Part shown: one piece after another, positions 57,663 to 64,000 of the stretch
How positions within the stretch are numbered: the first letter of the stretch is position 1
Layout of the letters: the number at the start of each line of letters is the position of its first letter
NCBI GenBank assembly: GCA_027491395.1
Contig: JAOZFI010000043.1
Coordinates: 1-64,000, forward strand
Source: Thermoproteota archaeon
Lineage (GTDB): Archaea > Korarchaeota > Korarchaeia > Korarchaeales > Korarchaeaceae
Length of the DNA stretch: 64,000 nucleotides
Direction of reading: 5' to 3'
Notes under the pieces: model-generated
Databases searched by the model: none
What the model was told of the DNA's origin: nothing
The model's input: only the letters and a program-made list of their open reading frames with translations
Translations under genes and position numbers: made by a program

Positions 57663-59560
57663 TCCACTATCGTAACTTTCCCGGGGGGCAACGCCCTCAC
57701 TATATCATCCACACTCACTTCCACAGGCTCCGCCGGGGGTTCTGAGTCCCCACGTATTTTAATGTTTTCTTGCAGCCAACCCTCCAGCACATTCTTTAAC
57801 ACTTTTGCGGCCTCTTCCTTGCCAGTGGATCCAGGTCTAAGGCATACAGAGTAGAGGAGGGGGGCTCCCGGGGGCGCTGCAGTCAATTTGATCCCGTCAG
57901 GGGTCTTCTGAAAGCCCACGCAGATCTCGAGCCTCACCCGCAAGTAATTCCTCCTACCAGTTATGTAAAAGCTCCCCTTAGGGAGATACAGTCCGGAGGG
58001 CGCATGTTTCGAGACTTGGGATCCCTTGACGTAGTAAACATCCACCGAGGTCAGACCCTCTCTCCATGCTCTAGAAAACACCCCAGCTGCAGTGGCCGCT
58101 TGATTCACTGATGCTTCATCCGGCTCCCTCCCATCCAGCTTGAGTACCACCACTGAGCCCCCCGGCATGTCAACGTGGAAGAACAGGTCGTTCTCGTCCA
58201 AGTACTTGGACACTATCTCGGCGTTGGTTTGGGCATCCCTCCCCCCTATCACTAGGAAGCCCCCCGATGTATAGAACCACCTGAATCTCTCGTACCATCG
58301 GAGCTTCCGTCTCTTAGTTGGGACTTTTTTGGAAGCCCTCTCCTTGGCTTCAGTCCTGAGCCTGTTAAGCTTCTCCTTCAAGGACAAAATGGCCGTATCG
58401 ATCCTTTCATGCTTCTCCCTATACTTCTTCGCCCTGTTATAGTACTCGGAAGCGTTTTCAGTGGCCGATTTGAGCATGTCTAGCTCGATCTCTCGACCAT
58501 CCAGATTCAACACGACCTTGCCGGACTTTCTGTCAACTGAAACTATGGGAGGAGGCGAAATCCCCTTCCTAGCCTTCTTCAGCGCCTCATCCACCTCGGT
58601 CAAGTGGAGATATATGAGATCGCCCATAGACCTGTATTCCTCCGCCTTTTCCGCATACTCCTTCTTCAGCTCTTCCTGCCTTTGAATCTCAACCTCCAAA
58701 GATCTTATCTTCTGGTCTTCCTCATATTCAGGCCTTTCAGCGGTATAATAGAGCTGAATCGCTCTAGATAGACTGTGTATGGACCTCCTCTCCATCTGGA
58801 GGTGATGTAGTGGGAAGGCCGAGAAGTTCACCACTTCACTGTCCTGAACGTAAATCATGGGTTCCGTCTCCCTATTGAGGAACGAATGGATCAGATCGGC
58901 CAGCTCAGCGATAAGAGCCTCGATCTCGGGTAGAGGTGACTTCAGATCCACACCCATCAGGTGAGAGATCTCGTCCATGTAAGGGGGGCCCACCCCGAAG
59001 GACCCTATAAGTACCTTCCACAGGGGCAGTCTCTCCTTTACACCCTTCCTGAGGAGCGTTAGTACGGCATCCCTGTCACTGGGATCCAGCTCAATCCCCG
59101 GACCAGCTGGTGGCCGGTAGATATCGCCAGGCCTGATAGATCTACCCCTAAACTCGACTCTCTTGAGGGGCAAGAGGATCTCACCCTCCTGAACAAGTAT
59201 GAGATTCCCTCCACCGAACAGCTCCACCACAAGCTGCATATCACCGAAAGATAAACGAAGGATTCTCTCGACTCCTACTTGGGATATCTCTGTGAATCTC
59301 CTACCCTCTAAGTGCTTTCTGAGGGCCATGATGAATGGGGGCGGGCTCCGAGGTTTCGGCCACTTGAGGTCTGTCAGAAAGATGAAACCGCTCAGGTCGA
59401 TCACGAGTTCCTTGCTCCCATCAACTTCCGGGTAGAAGAAGAGGGAAAAGACACCTTCATCCAACAGGTAAGCCTTCTTAAGTATCTTACCATCCAGTGA
59501 GAGCAGCTCTCTGACCAGATGCCTGAGATCCAGACCAGTAACCTTTCTCTTCCGTCCCAT
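57659..59560 (-). CDS. rqcH: Ribosome quality-control factor aRqcH (Rqc2/NEMF, NFACT family)
   Basis: LRKHL, Q.GVERI, ELFGGGN, ENA..YY..AKK, WYERFRWF, GGRDAQTN, GSFYI.G. Confidence 0.93.
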   Translation of the reverse strand: MGRKRKVTGLDLRHLVRELLSLDGKILKKAYLLDEGVFSLFFYPEVDGSKELVIDLSGFIFLTDLKWPKPRSPPPFIMALRKHLEGRRFTEISQVGVERILRLSFGDMQLVVELFGGGNLILVQEGEILLPLKRVEFRGRSIRPGDIYRPPAGPGIELDPSDRDAVLTLLRKGVKERLPLWKVLIGSFGVGPPYMDEISHLMGVDLKSPLPEIEALIAELADLIHSFLNRETEPMIYVQDSEVVNFSAFPLHHLQMERRSIHSLSRAIQLYYTAERPEYEEDQKIRSLEVEIQRQEELKKEYAEKAEEYRSMGDLIYLHLTEVDEALKKARKGISPPPIVSVDRKSGKVVLNLDGREIELDMLKSATENASEYYNRAKKYREKHERIDTAILSLKEKLNRLRTEAKERASKKVPTKRRKLRWYERFRWFYTSGGFLVIGGRDAQTNAEIVSKYLDENDLFFHVDMPGGSVVVLKLDGREPDEASVNQAATAAGVFSRAWREGLTSVDVYYVKGSQVSKHAPSGLYLPKGSFYITGRRNYLRVRLEICVGFQKTPDGIKLTAAPPGAPLLYSVCLRPGSTGKEEAAKVLKNVLEGWLQENIKIRGDSEPPAEPVEVSVDDIVRALPPGKVTIVE

Positions 59561-59584
59561 ACAGCCTTTCTCAGGCCAGCTCTC

Positions 59585-59593
59585 TTTATATAT
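59585..59593. promoter_or_regulatory. TATA box shared by divergent rqcH and EMC6-like genes
   Basis: TTTATATAT in the 51-nt gap between ATG 59560(-) and ATG 59612(+). Confidence 0.55.
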
Positions 59594-59611
59594 TCAATTG
59601 GTTACTGGGGC

Positions 59612-60484
59612 ATGATGAAGCCAAAGCACAAAGTCTATTACCTCAGGGTAGCCCTATTATCCCTAGTTGGGCTAGTGAGCGGTATCGCTGGACTCACTCC
59701 GATGGAGGGGCTGAGCCTCTTCTTGCTTGCTTACTTCCTCGTTACACCCCTATCCCTCAAACTCTGGGGGGACGAACTGAAGGACCTTGGGCTGATGAAA
59801 CTATACAGAGAGGCCTTGGGATCATCGTTCCTGGCTCTCCTCCTGATTTGGACCCTAGTCATTAATCTGATGGGTCCGGGAGTCCCCATCTACGTGGTGA
59901 GGGCATCTCAGGGTGGTATATATCCCATACAGACGATAGATGGTCGGATCGTTGGTCCCGGCGAGAGACCCCTAGCCGGATACAATGCCGTCTATCTGAA
60001 GCTCACGGACCACAACATAGAGGACATATACATCGGTTCTTACGCCAAAAAGGGAGACCTAACGAAGGTCATACTAGGTCGCACAGAGGTAACCCTGTCT
60101 AAAGGAGAGATACACATCTCCGGCGTCTACAACTTGTCGATCGGGTCAGACTATAAGAGGATGAGCAAGCTATTGGGGAACATAACAATATTCGTGAACG
60201 GGACCCTCGTCATAAATGGGACTATGAAGCTCAATCCCGGTGAGACCAAAGAGTTTACCTACAACTCCACCATGATGGAGGTGTCCCATACCGCTCCCGG
60301 CGTCCTCGACGTAGAGATAGACTCAACGAGGGGCAGGATTACCGAGTACCCCGTTTCAGTCTTCATAAGCTCAATAGAGGAGAAGGAAGGCTATATCTTC
60401 GTTTTTGATTCAGTTAAACCGTTTTGGAAGACTAGGACGGCTAGGGTAGATGACAGCTACGTTGTCGTCCTGCCCCCGGGGTGA
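59612..60484 (+). CDS. Membrane protein: EMC6-like three-TM domain plus beta-rich soluble domain
   Basis: YYLRVALLSLVGLVSGIAGL..EGLSLFLLAY..LY.EALGSSFLALLLIWTLVINL resembles the EMC6 pattern. Confidence 0.6.
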   Translation: MMKPKHKVYYLRVALLSLVGLVSGIAGLTPMEGLSLFLLAYFLVTPLSLKLWGDELKDLGLMKLYREALGSSFLALLLIWTLVINLMGPGVPIYVVRASQGGIYPIQTIDGRIVGPGERPLAGYNAVYLKLTDHNIEDIYIGSYAKKGDLTKVILGRTEVTLSKGEIHISGVYNLSIGSDYKRMSKLLGNITIFVNGTLVINGTMKLNPGETKEFTYNSTMMEVSHTAPGVLDVEIDSTRGRITEYPVSVFISSIEEKEGYIFVFDSVKPFWKTRTARVDDSYVVVLPPG

Positions 60485-60488
60485 TATT

Positions 60489-60899
60489 GTGGGCAGGAAG
60501 CTGGTCGATGTCGAGGCTGATGTGGGGTTCGAGGTATGGGCTAACGACCTGAACTCCCTCTTCGAAGAGGCAGCCCTCGCCATGTACGAGGTAATGGTGG
60601 ATGTCGAGAGCGTTAATCCAGTTGTAGGGAAGGAGCTGGAATTGGAATCCGAGGACCTTTCCCTACTCCTCCATTCATGGCTGTCAGAACTCCTATTCAT
60701 CACGGATGTGGAGGGGTTGGTGTTCTCGAAGTTTGAGGTCACGATCCAAGGTACCAAGCTCAGAGGCAAGGCGTGGGGCGAACCGGTGGATCCCGAGAGG
60801 CACAAGCCCAAGACCGAGGTGAAAGCGGTCACCTACTACAAACTCAAAGTGGAGAAAGAGGGAGACCTCTGGAGGGCCGTGGTTATTTTGGATCTCTGA
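60489..60899 (+). CDS. Archease
   Basis: ADVG, LFEEAALAM, WLSELLF, EVKAVTY, VILDL. Confidence 0.93.
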   Translation: MGRKLVDVEADVGFEVWANDLNSLFEEAALAMYEVMVDVESVNPVVGKELELESEDLSLLLHSWLSELLFITDVEGLVFSKFEVTIQGTKLRGKAWGEPVDPERHKPKTEVKAVTYYKLKVEKEGDLWRAVVILDL

Positions 60900-61026
60900 T
60901 ATACAAGGACGGCATCGAATATGCCGCTGAAGTTCGCTGTCTCCACAGGAGAGGGCCCCCCTGACATACCAAACTTTAATAAACCCCAAGCTTGTCTTGT
61001 GTTGGAAAGTTAACGGGGTGCTAGTG

Positions 61027-62034
61027 ATGCCCAGAAGACACGGTTCGCTACAGTTCGCTCCTCGGAAGAGGGCTAGAACTCAGAAGGCAGTCTTCAGATC
61101 CTACCCTGAACTGCCCCTTGAGGAGCCGATCCTAGTGGCCTTCCCGGGCTATAAGGTGGGTATGGTTCACGTCTTGATGAAGGAGGATAGGCCTGGTAAG
61201 CTCAACATAGGTCAGCCAGTGACCTTGGCCTCCACCGTAGTGGAGACCCCCCCAATAGAGGTTGTCGGCTTCAGACCCTACGTGGGAACCTACTACGGGA
61301 TGAAGGCCGTGACCACAGCCATCAAAATCGAGCAGAATGATCTGATCTCCAGAACTCTCACTATAGGCGATGGGGTTGACAACTGGGACGAGGCCCTCGC
61401 CAAGGTGGAGGCTAACAAGGATAGGATAGAGGAGGTCAGGATTCTAGCCTACACCAGGCCTGATCTGGCGGGGATACACAAGAAGAAGCCAGAATTCCTT
61501 GAGATCCCGATTAAGGGCGGTTCCATGGATAGGAGGCTTGAGTACGCCCAGTCCTTGGTTGGCTCTAAGGTCAAGGTGAACCAAGTCTTCAAGGCGGGAC
61601 AGCTGGTGGATGTCACCGCGGTCACCAAGGGGCACGGGTGGCAGGGAGTCGTCAGGAGGTTCGGAGTCGAGCTGCTCAGGCACAAGGCCGGCAAGGGTAG
61701 GTGGAGGGTCGGGAGCTTGGGATCTAGGCATCCGCCCTACGTGACTTGGAGGATCCCGAGGGCTGGCCAGACTGGTTACCACAAGAGGACGGAGTACAAC
61801 AAGAGGATACTGATGATTGCCGATCTGTCAGAGGAGGGGGCTCTGAACGTAACGCCTAAGGGTGGATTCAAGAATTACGGGATCCTGAAGAGCCAGTATG
61901 TGATCCTCTCCGGATCGATACCCGGTCCAACGAAGAGGTTCGTGTTCATGAGGCATCCGATAAGGCCCAAGTACGAGGAACTTCCAGAGCCCGAGATAAG
62001 CTATGTGAGCTCCGTGGGCTGGTTGAAGAGGTGA
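61027..62034 (+). CDS. rpl3: 50S ribosomal protein L3
   Basis: PRRHGSL, GYKVGM.H, TKGHGWQG, RAGQTGYHKRTEYNK. Confidence 0.97.
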   Translation: MPRRHGSLQFAPRKRARTQKAVFRSYPELPLEEPILVAFPGYKVGMVHVLMKEDRPGKLNIGQPVTLASTVVETPPIEVVGFRPYVGTYYGMKAVTTAIKIEQNDLISRTLTIGDGVDNWDEALAKVEANKDRIEEVRILAYTRPDLAGIHKKKPEFLEIPIKGGSMDRRLEYAQSLVGSKVKVNQVFKAGQLVDVTAVTKGHGWQGVVRRFGVELLRHKAGKGRWRVGSLGSRHPPYVTWRIPRAGQTGYHKRTEYNKRILMIADLSEEGALNVTPKGGFKNYGILKSQYVILSGSIPGPTKRFVFMRHPIRPKYEELPEPEISYVSSVGWLKR

Positions 62035-62038
62035 TTAC

Positions 62039-62827
62039 ATGGCCTCGGTTCCGGTGTTCAATCTGAACGGCGAGAGAATAGGGGAGGTGGAGCTTCCCTC
62101 CATCTTCGACATGGAGGTCAGGCCCGACACCATAAGGCGGACCTACCTGTCCCAACTGACCGCTAGGATACAGCCCCAAGGTAGGGATCCCTTGGCCGGA
62201 CTCAGGACGTCGGCTGAGTCTTGGGGGGCAGGTCACGGAGTGGCTAGGGTGCCTAGGGTGAAGGGTAGGGGCTACCCCGCCGCCAGCAGGGCGGCTAGAG
62301 CGGTCATGACCGTGGGCGGCGCGAAGACCACGGCACCCAGATCTTGGAAGGTCATCTGGGAGAGGGTGAACAAGAAGGAGAGGAAGCTGGCTATCCTATC
62401 GGCCATAGCGGCGACTGGGAGGATAGACTTGGTCAAGGCCCGGCATAGGGTGGATCTGGACTATGTCCCCTTGGTAGTGACGGACGATCTGGAGGGCATA
62501 TCCAAGACGTCCGAACTCCACTCCCTGCTGCTGAAGCTAGGTCTGAAGGACGAGCTGGATAGGACCAAGAGGAGGTTCAAGAAGATAAGGGCCGGACGGG
62601 GGAAGATGAGGGGAAGGGTCAGGCAGAGGGCGAGGGGCCCGCTTATAATATACCTCAACGAGGGCTCTCCAATAGCTAGAGCTGCCAGGAACATACCTGG
62701 AGTTGATGTAGTCGCTCTCAGGAACCTGAGCGTGATCCACTTGGCCCCGGGAGGTGTTCCCGGGAGACTGACCGTATGGACGGAGGGAGCCCTCCGTTCC
62801 CTGGAGGAGGTGATGGGTATTGCCTAA
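62039..62827 (+). CDS. rpl4: 50S ribosomal protein L4
   Basis: [25 protein letters not shown]. Confidence 0.97.
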   Translation: MASVPVFNLNGERIGEVELPSIFDMEVRPDTIRRTYLSQLTARIQPQGRDPLAGLRTSAESWGAGHGVARVPRVKGRGYPAASRAARAVMTVGGAKTTAPRSWKVIWERVNKKERKLAILSAIAATGRIDLVKARHRVDLDYVPLVVTDDLEGISKTSELHSLLLKLGLKDELDRTKRRFKKIRAGRGKMRGRVRQRARGPLIIYLNEGSPIARAARNIPGVDVVALRNLSVIHLAPGGVPGRLTVWTEGALRSLEEVMGIA

Positions 62828-63101
62828 GATAGGCGACTTCGATCCCTACAAGATACTGAAGGCCCCCATCTCCACCGAGAAAGTTGTTAGGATGATCAAC
62901 GAGGAGAACAAGCTAGCTTTCTTCGTGGACAGAAGGGCTAACAAGAAGGAGATAAAGAGAGCTGTTGAGGAAGCCTTAGACGTCAAGGTAGAGAGGGTGT
63001 GGACCATAATTACCATAGACGGCAGGAAGAAGGCATACGTGAAGCTCAGTCCCGAGTATAGGGCCTCGGATGTCGCTGCCAAGCTGGGCATAATAGGGTG
63101 A
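62820..63101 (+). CDS. rpl23: 50S ribosomal protein L23
   Basis: P.STEK, NKL.F.V..ANK.EIK, KKAYVKL. Confidence 0.97.
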   Translation: MPKIGDFDPYKILKAPISTEKVVRMINEENKLAFFVDRRANKKEIKRAVEEALDVKVERVWTIITIDGRKKAYVKLSPEYRASDVAAKLGIIG

Positions 63102-63105
63102 TGGT

Positions 63106-63840
63106 ATGGGTAAGCGTATACTGGTTCAGAGGAGGGGAAGGGGAGGTATCCAGTTCAGATCTAGGGATCATCTCAAGATAGCTCCCGTGAAGTACCCGCC
63201 TCAGATAGGAATGAACGGCCTCGTTAGGGGAGTCATAAGGGAGATACTACACGAGCCAGGAAGGCACACCCCGATCTCTCTAGTGGAGCTCGAAGATGGC
63301 ACCAAGTTCTATTACGTGCCTCCGGAGGGAGTATACGAGGGTCAGGAGATACAGATAGGTCCTGGAGCCGAGATAAAGACGGGAAACGTCCTTCCCTTGG
63401 CTGATATACCTGACGGGACCTTGGTCTCCAATGTGGAGATAAGGCCGGGAGATGGGGGAAAGATAGCTAGGAGGAGCGGGACCTACGCTCTAGTGTTCTC
63501 TCACGAGGGAGATAGAGTCCTCTTGAGGCTTCCCTCTAGGAAGGAGAAGTTCGTGGATGCCAGATGCAGAGCCACCATAGGCATAGTGGCTGGTGGCGGC
63601 AGGATAGAGAAGCCGTTCATGAAGGCGGGTCTCAAGTATTACCACGAGAGAACCCATCCGAAGAGGTGGCCTGTGGTCAGGGGTGTGGCCATGAACCCAG
63701 TCAGCCACCCGCACGGTGGTGGATCCCACAAGAGACCTGGCAAGCCTACAACTGTGGCTAGGACGGCTCCGCCAGGACAGAAAGTTGGACATATAGCTGC
63801 TAGGAAGACGGGTAGGGCCAAGAGGAGGGCTGGCCTCTGA
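63106..63840 (+). CDS. rpl2: 50S ribosomal protein L2
   Basis: [25 protein letters not shown]. Confidence 0.97.
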   Translation: MGKRILVQRRGRGGIQFRSRDHLKIAPVKYPPQIGMNGLVRGVIREILHEPGRHTPISLVELEDGTKFYYVPPEGVYEGQEIQIGPGAEIKTGNVLPLADIPDGTLVSNVEIRPGDGGKIARRSGTYALVFSHEGDRVLLRLPSRKEKFVDARCRATIGIVAGGGRIEKPFMKAGLKYYHERTHPKRWPVVRGVAMNPVSHPHGGGSHKRPGKPTTVARTAPPGQKVGHIAARKTGRAKRRAGL

Positions 63841-63880
63841 GCCCAACCTTTATTTATGGCTCAAGTATGGGGTGACATGT

Positions 63881-64000
63881 ATGTCCTCCAAGGAATTCAG
63901 GTACAGGGGTTATACGCTGGAGCAGCTCCAGAGCATGACCCTAGATGAGCTGGCAGAGGTGATGCCAGCTAGAATCAGAAGAACTCTGAAGAGAGGTCTC
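63881..64000 (+). CDS. rps19: 30S ribosomal protein S19 (uS19), 5' part
   Basis: Manual translation [40 protein letters not shown]. Confidence 0.93.
   Translation, partial: MSSKEFRYRGYTLEQLQSMTLDELAEVMPARIRRTLKRGL

Noticed and set aside
60896-60966. Possible C/D or H/ACA RNA before rpl3 (CTGA motifs, CGGCAT/ATGCCG hairpin)
   Set aside because: No convincing C box, terminal stem or pseudouridylation pocket
1-64000. CRISPR arrays, transposases, proviral or defence genes
   Set aside because: No regularly spaced repeats or such genes were recognised

Overview
This is a very gene-dense core-genome segment of a (hyper)thermophilic archaeon. It is most consistent with Korarchaeia/Korarchaeota, inferred from two FtsZ plus SepF in a TACK-like gene set, a fused two-unit EndA with a crenarchaeal-type loop, and an intron-containing tRNA-Ile(UAU). 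It holds the 5' end of a 16S rRNA gene, 16 tRNA genes, several ribosomal-protein and translation-factor operons, Topo VI, glycine-cleavage genes, lipid-synthesis genes (carS, DGGGP synthase), the tRNA splicing set (endA, rtcB, archease), t6A genes, aCPSF1, proteasome beta and aRqcH. I saw no mobile element or CRISPR array. Features missing from the ORF track that I read directly from the DNA are rpl39e, rps27ae, the start of rps19, a CdrS-like ribbon-helix-helix gene coupled to ftsZ2, and a box C/D sRNA. The most interesting leads are: (i) aRqcH translationally coupled to three CBS-only genes; (ii) an EMC6-like membrane domain fused to a soluble domain; (iii) an XPD-like helicase, a degenerate RecA-fold protein and a RadA paralogue in one operon; (iv) a tRNA-Ile(UAU) intron able to refold against both exons. 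All calls come from manual motif recognition; no searches were run.
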